From: Lama guanicoe
Lineage: Eukaryota
Length of the DNA: 64,000 nt
Assembly: GCA_013239625.1 (NCBI GenBank)
Contig: MU053379.1
Span: 3,516,866-3,580,865, forward strand
Direction of reading: 5' to 3'
The position numbers and the translations under genes were made by a program. The notes under the pieces are model-generated. The model was not told where the DNA came from and did no database searches. It worked only from the letters and a program-made list of their open reading frames with translations. This document shows positions 13,438 to 26,240 of the stretch, piece by piece. The number at the start of each line of letters is the position of its first letter. Position 1 is the stretch's first letter.

Positions 13438-13567
13438 GCGGTTCTGTCCACTAGAATTACGTGAACCACACACATAGTCTAAATGTTTTTAGCAGCTACA
13501 TTAAACAAAGTGAAAAGAAACAGGTGAGATTAAATAAACATGTAACCCAATATATTGAAATATTATC
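13438..13567 (+). mobile_element. MER33-like hAT-Charlie DNA transposon fragment
   Basis: ctgtccactagaa...agcagctacattaaacaaagtgaaaagaaacaggtgagattaa...aacccaatatat matches the recalled MER33 5' half. Confidence 0.65.
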
Positions 13568-13574
13568 TGTAGCT

Positions 13575-13877
13575 CTGGGGTGGGAACCAGCAAGCAATGG
13601 CCTCCCAGCCAAGTTCAACCAGGCAGCTGCTCTACGGCCCAGGAGCTAAGGATGGTTTCGACATTTAAATGGCTGAGAAATCAAATGAATAATATTTTGT
13701 GACATGTAAAATTGTGTGAAATTCGCATTTCAGCTGTCATAAATGAAATGTCATTGAACATAGCCACACACCTCTGTCAGTGGCGGAGTCGGGAAGTCGT
13801 GAGTGAGGCCGTGTGGCCCACAAGCCTAGAGTGTTTACTTGCTGCACTTTTGCAGGAGATGTTGGTCAGCCTCCGTC
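13575..13877 (+). mobile_element. MER58B-like hAT-Charlie DNA transposon
   Basis: tacggcccaggagctaaggatggttt...aaattcgcatttcag...gaacatagccacac...tggcccacaagcctagagtgtttact matches the recalled MER58B consensus. Confidence 0.75.
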
Positions 13878-13899
13878 TGGGTGACAGTGAAAGTCACCT

Positions 13900-14590
13900 G
13901 CACAAATGCCCAATCCCACACCCATCTCCAGAAGTGACCGCTTTACGGGCTTTCTACTTCATACACACACACACACACACACACATTCTATATGAATACA
14001 CATGTATTCTGTAGTTTTCTTCTTTATGCACCCACAACTTATATTCACAATTAAAGAACATAATGGCGTCACTACACATATGTGCTGGTGTCTTACCTGT
14101 GTCTCAGGTCGGCTTCCACACCGGTGCTGGCAAACGTGCTCCGCGTCGGTGCAGGTGCCGCCACGTCCGCGCACGGCAGTGCTCGTCGTCCTTTCTAATG
14201 ATCACACTATTTATGTTCCATGATGTGGTTTTACTGCACGTCGTTTTATCAGCCTCCTGTTAATGAGTTTAGGCTCTTTCCTCTCCTCCCCTCCCCTGCC
14301 CTCGGTGCCCCCACTTCCTCTCTCTCCCTATTACAAACAGGGCTGCTCTCATCATACATGCAGATCTGAGTGTATCGGTACAAATATTTCTGCAGGATAG
14401 ATTTCTAGAAGTACAATTGGATCAAAGGGTAAGTTTATTATGTCTTTTGGTGGAAGTTGCCAAATTACCCTCCCCAAAACACTGCATCAATTTACATGTC
14501 GGCAGTGGGTGATGTACCCTTTTCTCCCTGCATCTCTCACCAGTGCTGGATAATCCTTTAAAAAGTTTTTTTTTTTTTACCAGTCTGGTT
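13900..14590 (-). mobile_element. Ancient L1 (L1M-type) fragment with (CA)n tract
   Basis: gatagatttctagaagtacaattggatcaaagggt...ttgccaaattaccctcc motifs; CA repeat at ~13963-13985. Confidence 0.55.
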
Positions 14591-14849
14591 CAGTTTTATG
14601 TACTTAACAGTATTTTAAAAAATATACTTCTATTTACCAAAGCACTGTTGCTCATTTAAAAAACCAAGAAAGAAAAGAAGATTAACCAAGAAATATATAA
14701 AGTGTGAGGGGAAAATGCTCTGAAATCACGTTCAGAAATAAGCACTCTTAAGTAAGCTTTCAGGCTGGAAAGTTTGGCTTAGGACTCTGTCGCATTTGCC
14801 TTTGCGTCTCTGTTTCTTTTCTTTGAGAGGAAGATGGCTTAGTAAGAAG

Positions 14850-15030
14850 CAATCATGCTTTAGAATTAGACTCCAGTCGACTCCTACTCTATCAAACTGT
14901 AAAATCTGATGGCAAATTTTACTTAATCTTTCTGAACTCAGTTTTCCCATCTGTGGAAGTGTGGAGTCAGACTCAGCAGGTTTAAGTAATAGATGGAATC
15001 ACGCATCATAAGTGTTCCGTAAAGTGCCTG
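14850..15030 (+). mobile_element. MIR SINE remnant
   Basis: ttacttaatctttctgaactcagttttcccatctgt MIR core. Confidence 0.6.
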
Positions 15031-15799
15031 CTTTCCTTATTGCTTCCTTCCTTTTGTTCTCACCACTTTCTCCCTGAGAACAATGCAGAGACGTACTTCC
15101 TAACACACCATGTTCTACTGCAGAGGCTGGCAACCCACCGCGTGTCAAGGAGGTGGCTGAGAATAACGTTAGTCATGGTGATGGATGTGGACTTGCAGAT
15201 GGAAGGGTTTACACCTTCGAGAGTGGAGCCATGCCACCGTCTCCTGACACCTCCCTTCAGCCAGTCTCCGCTGTCCCGTGACATCCTGCGTGTCAATAAC
15301 GTCACCTTCCCTTCGGGGAAAACGTGACTCCAGGCACAGAGGAAGTCAACGGCATAACCCCTGGAATCGACCAAACGGGAAAGTTCCTTGTGCAGGTAGC
15401 TGACCTTCGAGAAGTCGTATGGCAGCGTCCAGACACCCTGAAGGCTGTGTCCTGGAAAGCCCCGTGTGGGGTCCCCACAGTAAGCAGCACGGCACGTGCT
15501 GCTAAAGGTGAGCTCTGCAAGCAGCGCGGTGTCTCGCATGTGAGTCACCCGGTGTCGTTTGGCTGCTAAACTAACAGCCGCAGAACCTGCGTCTGGTGGT
15601 GGGGGTGGGGGGCTCTCAGCCTCTCCCACAGCCGCGTGGGTGCTGCTCTGTCCGCTCGGCCCCTCTGCCGGTGATCGCTTGTGGGTCGCCCCCACCTCCC
15701 AGGCTACAGACACAGAGAGGAAGGCTCTGTCCTCACGAAGCCCGCCTGGCAGGGGCGGGAAGGGGGAGGAAAGGGAGGAGTGGGCCAACAGTCACGATT

Positions 15800-16390
15800 T
15801 ATGTGAGAAAGGGCCGTGGTGGTCATGCCTGAGGGGCATGGAAGCACAAAGGGCAGTGGAGGATCAGGGAAGGAGACCTGGCTGAAGTGACACTTGGGTG
15901 AATTGTGTGGATCAGGGAGGTGGTAGGTGGAAACGACACTTCAGGCAGAAGAGCAGCTTCAGAGGCACAGACGCAGTTCCTGTCCATGAGCTGTTAGCCA
16001 ATGTTTACCATGTGCCGGGACCCAGAAGGCACGGCGCGCTCAGGGGACGGCTACACGTGCCTGGAGCGCGAGGCGCAAGCTGGGGACTAGCGGGAGGTGG
16101 GCCTGGGGAGCTTGGCAGGCCCCCCCCCAGGTCGTTACGAACCTTGTATATGGTGCTAAATAACTTGGGCTTTGTCCATAGAGAGCGAGAAGGCTGGCTT
16201 CATGCTTTAGAAGCATCAGTGTGGTGAGTGAATCCAGGATCACCGTGCTGGAGACAGCGCATCCAGCTAGGAGGCCGCTGTAAATGTCCATTCAGGAATG
16301 CAGGCTCGAGCTAAAGCAGCATCCGTGGAGATGGAGCAGGACAGAAATGAGGGTTCAGGGGTGGGACAGGTGGACCTGGGAGTCGCCATG
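15800..16390. mobile_element. L2 remnants
   Basis: ttcaggcagaagagcagc, gggctttgtccatagagagc...gaaggct...gaagcatcag, ggaggccgctgtaaatgtcca motifs typical of degraded L2. Confidence 0.4.
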
Positions 16391-17774
16391 CCCCTAGTCC
16401 CCTTGAGCCGTTCGTCTCAGTGACTTAGCAGGTTAAGAAAATACCCAGCCTGGTGGAGAAACTCATGCCACCGGTTTGCGCTTAAGTGCGTATTGTGTGA
16501 TTTACAACGACTTGCCTTGTGTGAGGAGGGGGTTTATTTGAATGATCCTGGGGTTGGTCTCACAGACCAGAGAAGGACAGACACGCAGCTGATGCCAGGG
16601 ACCAGTGGAGCTGGAAAGCCCTGTGCCCGCACATTGGCCTCCTGCCTTCCCTTTGCGTGCTGGTCGCGCTCCTGCTGCCACACGCCAGTGGCCTCCACGC
16701 GGCCAGTTGCCGGCGGCTCCTGCGCCTCCCGCTCCGCACTGTCCCGCCGGGAGAGCGGCTTCTGCTCCGCTCCTGGGAAGGGCTGACGGGCTCGGCTCGG
16801 GACAAGCGCCAGCCCGCTCTGGCCACGGTTCCACGATGGGCAGTCACCCCTGGTTCAAGATGTGTGTGTCTGAGCAGGCTGGACAGAGGGCAGCTCCCTG
16901 TGGAGGGAAGGCCAGGACACACAAAGCGTGGCCACCGAAGCCTCGCTGCTGCGTCCGGCACCTGCAGCCGGTACCTTCCCTCTGGCTTCTGTGCTGCGGC
17001 TGATGCCACCGACCACCTTCGCTTTCTGGAAAGCTGCTTCCTTAGTTCTGCTGCTGCCTCCCCTCCAACGCCATGCTCCTTCTGTGGTCCCGAGGCTGGG
17101 TCCTCTTCCTCTTCTTGCCCCTTCCAGTTGATGATGTTCAAAACTCCGCCCTTGATAGTCTGTGAGCAGATCGCAGGCTTTGGTTGGTAGATCTCAAGCT
17201 GGGTGCTGCCCCCCCCCAACTTTGTTGAACACCCAGCAGGGAGAGGATGAGCGCAGTGGCAGGGCCGCTCCTCCGCTTCCCGCCGGGCGCCTTACCACCA
17301 GCTCACAGCTCTGTTACCTCGTGGCTTAGTGGAGGCACAGAGCCAGTCTTCGGTGGGAGGACTCAGTTCCCCTGCTCTTCACTCAGAGCATCCGTTGTTC
17401 TGATGGCGTTAGCAACACCTCTCTGTGGATGACTATCCCCTGGCCACCCTACTTCCAGGGTACATCCTGTGATCCGGTCGGGCTGGTCTTGTAGTTCCAT
17501 GGACACGCCAAGAAGAGCCTGGTTCTCCGTCCTCGTGCCTGTCCTCCTCCTAACAGTTCACGAACCGTTCACGTGTCAGGGCCCAGTGTAAACGCTCTCT
17601 TCCACAGACATGGTCCTGGCCACTCCAGCCCTTTTAAGCTCTCTCTCTCCCCTCGATGCCCTGATCCAACTTACAGTTGCTAGTGCATGATTAGATTCAT
17701 CAGTTACATTTATCAATTTTTTGTTGTTATTTTGTCCTTGTTGGAGAGCATCATGCGGAAAGAACTGGACTCTT

Positions 17775-18690
17775 TTGCTCTAATGAGATCTATTTGGCAT
17801 ATAACATTGTATCAGTGTTACGTATCCGGTATCCAGCATAGTGATTTGACATATGTACCTGTTGTGAAATGGTCGCCACACATCACTGCACATAGTTACA
17901 AATGTTATTTTTCCTTCTGGTGAGAACTTTGAAGATCTAATCTCTTGGCAACTTTCAAATATACAATATGGAATTGTTAACTGTAGTCACTGTTCTGTCA
18001 GTTACACCCCCAGGACTTAACATATCTTATGACCAGAAGTTTGCACATTTTGTTCACCTTTGCAGGTTTCCTCCCACCCCACCTCAACAACCACTAGTCT
18101 GTTCTCTGCATTGATGCATTTTTTGTTTATTGTCTTTAGATTCCACATGTAAATGAGATCATATAGTATTTGTCTTTCTCTGTCTGAGTTATTTCACTTA
18201 GCACAATGCCCTCAAGGTCCATTCATGTTGTTGAAAATGGGAGGATTGCCGTCTCTTTATGGCTGAATAATGTTCGCGCGCGCGTGTGTGTATTATGTTT
18301 TCTTTACCTATCTATCTCTTGTTGGATGCACATTGTTTCCATGTCTTGGCTGTTGTAGATAATGCTGCAGTGAACATGAGGCTTTGGATTTCTTGAGTTA
18401 CTGATTTCGTTTCCTTCGGATAAATACCCAGAGGCAGAGTTGCTGGATCATATGACAGTCCTAGTTTTAAGTTTTTTGAGGAATCTTCATACCGTATTCC
18501 ACAGTGACTGGACCAATTCACATCCCCACCAGCAGTGCACAAGGGCTTCCTTTTTCCACATCCTGCACAACTCTTGTTATTTCTTGTCTTTTGGACAATA
18601 GCCGTTCTTACCGGTACCTCATGGTTCCGACTTGGATTTCCCTGATGATTAGTGATGTTGAGCACCTTTTTATGTACATGCCGGTCATTT
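17775..18690 (-). mobile_element. LINE-1 3'UTR plus end of ORF2
   Basis: Minus frame LGLSYDPATLPLGIYPKETKS...MFTAALSTTAKTWKQ; typical L1 3'UTR. Confidence 0.9.
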
Positions 18691-18819
18691 GCATGGATTC
18701 TGATGCCAGCTCTCATACTAACTAGGGATATAAAACTGGGCAAGTGATTTGACCTCTTTGGGGTGGTTTCCACGTGTGTAGAATGAAGGGCACTGACCTG
18801 GCCCTGGAAAATATCACAG

Positions 18820-19450
18820 ATTTATTCCACAGGAATTCAAACTTCCTGTAAAGCAAACTGCAGCACAAGCAAGGTGAAAAGACACACGGCTGGGAAAATG
18901 TGTGTCACATGTATGCGCAGAATCAGCATTGCTGCTATAAAAGTGCCTGTAAACAAAAAAGCCAGTGGAAAGTGAGTAATTCACAACAGAAATAACACAG
19001 ATGTTAATAACTCCCTAAAAGGATGCTCATTCCACTGGAGTTTTAGGGACATGAAAATTGAAACAGCTATGAAAAAGCCATTTCTCTTCCCCAGAATTCT
19101 ATCTAGAGCTGGAGAATATAGGACCACAAAGGTACATTGCTGATGAGAGTATAAAGCAATATGGCTTTTTGGTCTCAAAATGTTAAAAATACGTTCTGAT
19201 CTATCCAATTCTTCTCCGGGACTGTAGTCTGCAAAAGTTCAGATAGATCTATAGGATCTGTCTGTCTGTGTCCTTGGAAGGAATCTATATCTTACTGATA
19301 GCAGCACAATTTGGAGTATTATAAATAATGAGTTCCCATCAATAGGAAAGTGCTAGGTAGTCACTGAAAATAGCGAGGGAGGGTTGCGTTCAGCTGAACT
19401 CATAAGGATAAACAGACATTACTGATTCTGCAAGTTCAAGAACATGATCC
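18820..19450 (+). mobile_element. Ancient L1 ORF2/3' remnant
   Basis: aaaaggatgctcattccact...atgaaaattgaaacagct and cccatcaataggaaa motifs. Confidence 0.5.
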
Positions 19451-19484
19451 CATTTTGTAACAAGTATTATGTATTTATTGTTAT

Positions 19485-19553
19485 TTTTCATAGAAGTATA
19501 GTTGATTTACAATGTTGTGTTAGTTTCAGGTGTACAGCAAAGTGACTCAAATA

Positions 19554-19584
<31 letters not shown>

Positions 19585-20860
19585 TCTTTTTCAGATTGCT
19601 TTCCATTATAAATTACAAGATATTGAATATAGTTCCCTGTGCTCTACAGTAGGTCATTGTTATTTATCTATTTTATATACAGTAGTGTGTATCTGTTAAT
19701 CCCAAACTCCTAATATATCCCCTTCCCCCTTTACCCTTTGGTAACCATAGTTTGTTTTCTATGTCTGTGAGTCTGTTTCTGGTTTGTAAATAAGTTCATT
19801 TATATTATTTTTTAAAAATATTCCATATATAAATAATATCATATGATATTTGTTTTTGTTTGACTTACTTCGCTTAATAAGATAATCTCTAGGTCCATCC
19901 ATGTTGCTGCAAATGGCATTATTTCATTCTTTTTTATGGCCGAGTAATATTCCATTGCATGCATATATATATATATATATCACATTTTTTAAATTCTTAT
20001 TTTTTATTGAAATGTAGTCGATTTACAGTGTTAGTTTCAGGTGTACAGCAAATCGATTCAGTTATAAATACAGGTAGATACATTTTTTTCAGATTCTTTT
20101 CCATTACGGCTCATTACAAGAAGTTGAATCTAGTTCCCTGGGCTCCACAGTAGGTCCTTGTTGTTTATCTGTTGTATATATAGCAGTGTTACACCACATC
20201 TTCTTTATCCAGTCATCTGTTGATGGACATTTAAGTTGCTTCCATAGGTTGTCTGTTGTAAGTAATGCTGCTCTGAGCATTGGGGTGCATGCATTTTTTC
20301 AAATTACTGTCTTCAGTTTCTTCAGATGTACACCCAGGAATGGTAGTTTAGGTTTAGTTTTCTGAGGAACCTCCACACTGTCTTCCACAGTGGCTGCACT
20401 AGTTTACATTCACACCAACAGTGTGCCAAGGTTTCCTTTCCTCCACATCCTTGCCGACATCTCTTATTTGTGATCTTCTTAATGAGAGACATTCTGACAG
20501 GTGTCAGGCTAGATCTCCTGGTGGGTTTGATCGGTATTTTTCTGAGAATTAGTGATGTTGAGCATCTTTTCATGAGCTTATGGCCATCCATGTGTCTTCT
20601 TTGGAAAATGTCTGTTCAAGTCTTCTGCCCATTTTTTTTTAATTTTTAGAAGTTAAAAGCCTTTATTTAGAAATATATTCAAATGATTATTATCTGCCCA
20701 TTTTTAAATTGAGTTGTTTGGTTTTTGATATTGAGTTGTATGAGCTGTTTATATATTTTGCTTATTAACCCTGTATCCCTCATGTCCTTGGCAGATATTT
20801 CCCCCGTGCAGTAGATTGTCTTTTCATTTTGTTAATGCTTTCCTTTACTGTGCAAAAGTT
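19485..20860 (-). mobile_element. LINE-1 3' portion with a nested second L1 3' end (~19985-20190)
   Basis: ORF2 C-terminus in a minus frame ([10 protein letters not shown]...[23 protein letters not shown]) and two copies of the L1 3'-terminal motif gttagtttcaggtgtacagcaa. Confidence 0.9.
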
Positions 20861-22049
20861 TCACAGCATCAAAAGTTCTCTTGGTGAAAATTTTATGTAT
20901 GTAGGCAGATCTTAATTCAATAGAAGAGACTTCTGGCAAAATTGTTCAACAATATTGGGCATATGGGTGGTAGTTCATGAATTTGGAAATCCACGCCTAA
21001 GTGTGCGTTGATTTGAGAGTCCACTCAGGTTTTCCTGCTCCCCTGGGTGAGCCTATAAAAGCAGAAGCTAAGCGACAACTCTTCAGGTGCTGGCGATAAA
21101 GGCTAAGGTATCTTGGATGAGAGGTGGCACTGTACACCTTCCAATGTGGAGATTCGCTGATTCTCAGACAATGTATCCATCAAGCCTCCCCAGAGGGAAG
21201 AGTCTGCTTCTCTTCCAGATTTTTGTGTGAGTAGCGTTTAAATCCGTCTGCGCACTTTTGATGGTGACGGCCTAGAGGAAGCTGAGTGTCATAAACCCCG
21301 GTCCAGCTTTAGGCGGGGAGCCCTCCGCAGCAGGAGGTTGTCACGAGCCAGCAGCCCAGCCTGGCGCCGTGCGCCTGGGACCCCGGTGGGCAAGCTTAGC
21401 TCTGCGTGTGGTGCTGCGGTGACCCTGCTCACAATGTGCCCGCGAGGCAGGCGACGCAAGATGCTTTGTGTACCAGCTCCTGTGAAGTGACTTTCCCCTC
21501 ATGCAGAAACTTATGTGCAGGAAAGAGATGGGCTCAAGATGTCTTAAAATTTATCACCACTGCTGGGAAAATGCTGTGTGCATCAGGCTTGCCGAAAATC
21601 CAAAACTTGTGTGAGTGTGCCTGCTTTGTATTGCTTTTGTGCCAAAAGCTCTATTGTCAGTGATAAAGGAGAGAAAGACCTTGGTTGCTTGTTTTGCATC
21701 TTACTGTTTTATTCTGAAGAAACATTCATATTCCCAAATGTTAAAAAATAAACAAATCTTTTAATAGTTGTACTCAAGTGCTAAGAAATGTCCATTTGAA
21801 ATAACAATGTTTCTGAATTTTATATATTTCATGGTTTCTAAACCCTGTACAACTCATGGCTTTTTTCCCTGTAACCAACTCAAGATATATTTATGACATA
21901 TTTTATGTGTTTTAGGGACCACTTAAGTTGACTTCAACTCCAAAGAGTTGAGCCTAGAATATTTAGGTTCTTGCCCAAGTCGCTTTTGATGGTTAATGGC
22001 AGAGTTGATTGGTTTTATGTAAAGTGATCCTTTCTTAGCACTCATAATT

Positions 22050-22520
22050 TTAAAAATTTTAGAATTAAAGTATAATTTACATGCATTAAAATCCACCTTT
22101 TTTAGTGTTCAATTCTGTGAACTTTGACAAATGCATACAGTCATGTAACTACCACTACAATCAAAATAGAGAATATTTCCATTAACCCAAAATAATTCAA
22201 CTGTGCCGTTTTAAATATTTAGATTTTACTTTTAGGTCTATGATTTACTTTATGTCAGTTTTTGTGAGTATGTGAGGAGGTGAGGATCTACTTATTTCCT
22301 GCCTTCCTTCCTTTCTTCCTTCCTTCCTTCTCTCTCTCTCCCTCCCTACTTCCTTTCTACCTTCCTTTCTTTCAAATGGATATACAGTTACTCAAGGACC
22401 ATTTGTTAAATTGCCTTTTTGTTCTTACTGAAAATTAATTCACCATATACGTGTGTATCTAAAATTTCTGAGCTCTCACTTCTATTTCATTGATCTGTAT
22501 GCCTATAACTCTCACAGATT
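22050..22520 (-). mobile_element. Old L1 fragments with an embedded (CCTT)n polypyrimidine tract
   Basis: tttgacaaatgcatacagtcatgtaactaccac and ggatatacagtt...accatttgtt L1 motifs; CT-rich tract at ~22297-22372. Confidence 0.6.
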
Positions 22521-22974
22521 TTAAATTCATTAGGGTGATTATATGTATACATGTGCTTTTTAAAATGTCTTAGGCAAGTGTAACTCATTGACATGTACAT
22601 TTCAGAGCTAAAATACAGAGATTACGTTTGGATCAACACCTTCGGTACTTACATCCTGAAACCAATTACGTTGCCAGGATAATGAAATGAAAGTGTTAAC
22701 ATGTTTAAACCTGTCGTGTGAAAATGTTCCAGGTAGCACAGTGAAGCCATTTTTGTTATCCTGGTTGTCTTTGGTGCCAGAACTTCTTTCTAGTTTCTAG
22801 AAAGTCTGTTTCAATATTAAAAGCATTCAGGAATAAAATGTTACAAAGAAAGTAGAACGATTCCTTTCTCTGAACGTCTAGTAAAAGTCTCTTTGCTTTT
22901 GTCCAGCTTCATCTTGTCTGGCCGGAGTTTAAATTGCAGAGGGCATATCAGGGCTGGGAGGGCCCACAGTCACT

Positions 22975-24367
22975 CTGCGACGAAGGAGGCGAGAACGTAC
23001 GATGGAGAAAAGACAGCCTCTTCAGTCAGTGGTGCTGGGAGAGCGGGGCTGCTGCCTGTGAAAGACTGAAGTGAGAACAGTCTCTAACACGAGACACAAA
23101 AGTAACCTCAGAATGGATTAAAGGCCTAAATGTGAGACCTGATACTATAAAAATCCAGAGGAAAACAGAAGCTAAACACTTTAGCATAAATCACAGCAAT
23201 TTTTTTTCAAATCAGCTCCTACAGTAATGGAAATAAAAGCAAAAATAAACAAATGGGACCTAATGAATCTTAAAATCTTTTGTACAGCTAAGGTAGATAC
23301 CATTAACAAAACGAAAAGACAACCTACAGAATGGGAGAAAATATTTGCAAATGATGCAACCAACAAGGGACTAATCTGCAAAATATATAAACAGCTCATA
23401 CAGCTTAATATCAGACAACAAGCAACCCAATCAAAAAATGGGCAGAAGCCCTATTTAGACATTTCTCCAAAGAAATCCAGGTGGCCAACAGGCACATGAA
23501 AAGATGCTCAACATCGTTCATTATTAGAGAACTGCAAATCAAAACTACAGTGGGGTATCACCTCACATCAGTCAGAATGGCCAACATTAAAAAGGCTTCA
23601 AACGATAAATGCTGAAGAGGGTTCCCACCTACACTGCTGGTGGGAATGTAAACTGGTGCAGCCACTGTGGACGACAGTATAGAGAATCCTCAACAAACTT
23701 AAAATGGACTTACCAGATGACCCAGCAGTCCCACCCCTGGGCATCTGTCCAGAGAAGACTGTAATTCAAAAAGACACATGTACCTTAATGCTCACAGCAG
23801 CACTATTTCCAACAGCCAAGACACGGAAGCAATCTCAATGTCCATCGGCAGATGGCTGGGTAAGGAAGCTGTGGTGTATTTATACAGTGGAACGCTACTC
23901 AGCCATAGTAAAGACTAAAGTAACGCCATTTACAGCAACATGGATGGACCTAGAGATTGTCATTCTAAGTGAAGTAAGTCAGACAGAGAAAGACAAATAC
24001 CATATAGTATCACTTATACCTAGAATCTAAAAAAAAAAAAGACACCAATGAACGTATTTATAAAACAAACAGACTCACAGACATAGAGAACAGACTTACG
24101 GTTACCAGTGGGGGAAGGAGGTAGAAAGGGGTAACTTGGGAGCTTGAGATTTGCAGATACTAACTATTATATATAAACTAGATAAACAACAAGTTTATAC
24201 TGTAGAGCACAGGGAACTATATTCAATATCTTACAGTAACCTACAATGAAAAGGAATAGGAAGAGGAATGTATGTATGCACATGTATGACTGAAGCATGA
24301 TGCTGCACGCCAGGAACTGATGCAACACTGTAAACTGATGATGCTTCAATTAAAAAAAGCAAAAAAG
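22975..24367 (+). mobile_element. 5'-truncated LINE-1 (ORF2 C-terminus, 3'UTR, A-tail)
   Basis: MEIKAKINKWDLMNLKIFCTAK...KRQPTEWEKIFAN and PFTATWMDLEIVILSEVSQTEKDKYH; ends caattaaaaaaagcaaaaaa; frameshifted. Confidence 0.93.
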
Positions 24368-25629
24368 TTTGGGAGGATCCCAGCTTCGCCCTTGCCTACA
24401 TTCAAAGCAAGACTTCTTTGGTTTCTTTGACAGGAGCAGTATTCTGTCAGATACTTTGTTTCCGAAGTACTCTCTCTCCAAGCCCACGTTTAGCTGCAGG
24501 TAGACTTCGTCTCTGTTGTCGGGGGGGTTGAAGAGGGTGCAGGGAGCAAGAGACGGAGCCCCCACCACTAAAGCCTGCGCTGGGTGCACTCCCAGGGGCT
24601 GGGGTTCTAAGCGAGCCACTGCCTCCTGGGGACTCCACGGCTGCGGGAGGGAGAGGGGTGCGAGGGGAGGTTTTGCCTTGACCAGGGAACCGCGGCCTGT
24701 CCTCCTCTCTTCCTCTGTGACTGCTGTCCTCTAGCTGCCGTCGGGCCGGCTTCCTGCAGCTGTGGACACGTTGCCCTCCGCCCGGACGCTGGATGAGCGT
24801 GGCAGCGCACAGGCCGCAGCGCCCTCGCGGTCCGCACCACGCACACGACATTCGCTCATCTCTAAGGGTCGCACGAGGTTGCCTCCACCAGACTGTGGTG
24901 GCCCCTGCTTGCCAAAGCCTGTCTCTCTCTCTTCCAGCCGACAGCCTGCAGGGCGTGCCTCGCAAGGGCCTCCGGCCCACCTGCCCCGCAGCGCCCAGCA
25001 GGCAAGCCAGCGCCCTTTTCTTGATGGCGGGTCCCTCCCTCCCTCGTAAAGTGAGTAGTCCCCCCGGGCCGTCCCCTCTACTAGGTCAGAGCCAACTCAC
25101 GATGCCAGTCTTGGGGTTTACCGAGCTCCTGGGCACTGTGTAACACCCCCAGCCCCACCGCACCCCGGTGTCACGGCAGACCCTTTCCTCTCCCCTTCCT
25201 GGAGGGCGTTACAGCCGGGAGTACCTAGCCGGGCGGGGGGGGGGTGGTTTGCCTGAACACGCATGTGAGCCTCCTGATCCAGCCCCCCCGCCCCCCTCCC
25301 CGGTGCTCGAGGCTCCTTCCTGGCGGGGGCTGCTGTCACTGGCAGACGTCGCTCTCTCCCCGCCCTGACCCGGCACTTGGAGCAGCAGGCGTCTGGGGCC
25401 AGGGGGACCGCTGATGCTCCCTGCAGGCTTCCTCACCCCACTTCGCTTTCCACATTTCAGTCTCTGTGAAGGCACCTGTGTGCGAAGGACCCCAGGCCTT
25501 CAGCCGTGCCTCTCCTTGCCCTCTTTCCCAAAGCGTGACTCCCAGGGTCAGCCATCTGAAACTCTGGTCAGTGGTCCTCTAGATTCTTCTGCGAATTTTT
25601 AAAAAACGTGCATGGGGTGCCAGCACCCA

Positions 25630-26240
25630 GACCGACGTCTTCGTTATCCACTCCTGCGCTGACGGCGCTTTCCGCGCCGTAAGCGGCGTGCGGCTCCGCG
25701 GCTCCCGGCCGCAGGCCTCACTGGCCGATGTCCGCGTGGCGCCGGGCGCTGGCGGCTCGGGGCGGGCCCCCGGCGGCGGCGGGGCCCACGCGGTCTGTGC
25801 CGCGGCTCACGCTGCCCTTCAGAGAAGCAGCGCGCTCTGCGCTGCCGGCAGCACCCGCGGGGCGCCTTCGCCTGCGCGGTCAGCGCGGCCCTTCCGCGCC
25901 TTCGCCTGCCCCAGGCCACGCCCGGGGCGGGGCAGACGGAGGGCGGCGGCGCTCGGCTTGCGCCTGTTCCGTTGCTAACGGGGTGGCGTATCGGTTCGCG
26001 GGCGGCGTGGGCACTTGCCTGTTGGCGGCTCTCTTCCGCCGGAGCGTTCATCGCCTCTGTTCGATTTGCCGCAGCCCTTTGCGCGGTAGAGGCACTAGCT
26101 CGACGCCCTGTGTGTCTACCGCAGGCGCTCCCCCGTTGGCCGTTCGGCTTTTAATTTCGCTTCTGTTGCCTTTTGCCAGTGGACTTGGGTTTCTGTACAG
26201 TCAGAGGTGCTGGTGTTTCCCTTTGTGACTTCCGGCTTCT
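25630..26240. promoter_or_regulatory. Orphan CpG island / promoter-like element
   Basis: Dense CpG, GC boxes (ggggcgggg ~25924), RFX-like gttgctaac 25971-25979, ETS acttccgg ~26228. Confidence 0.7.

Noticed and set aside
23227..24030. L1 ORF2 peptides as host genes or an active element (also 39759-41192)
   Set aside because: 5'-truncated and frameshifted retrotransposon remnants.
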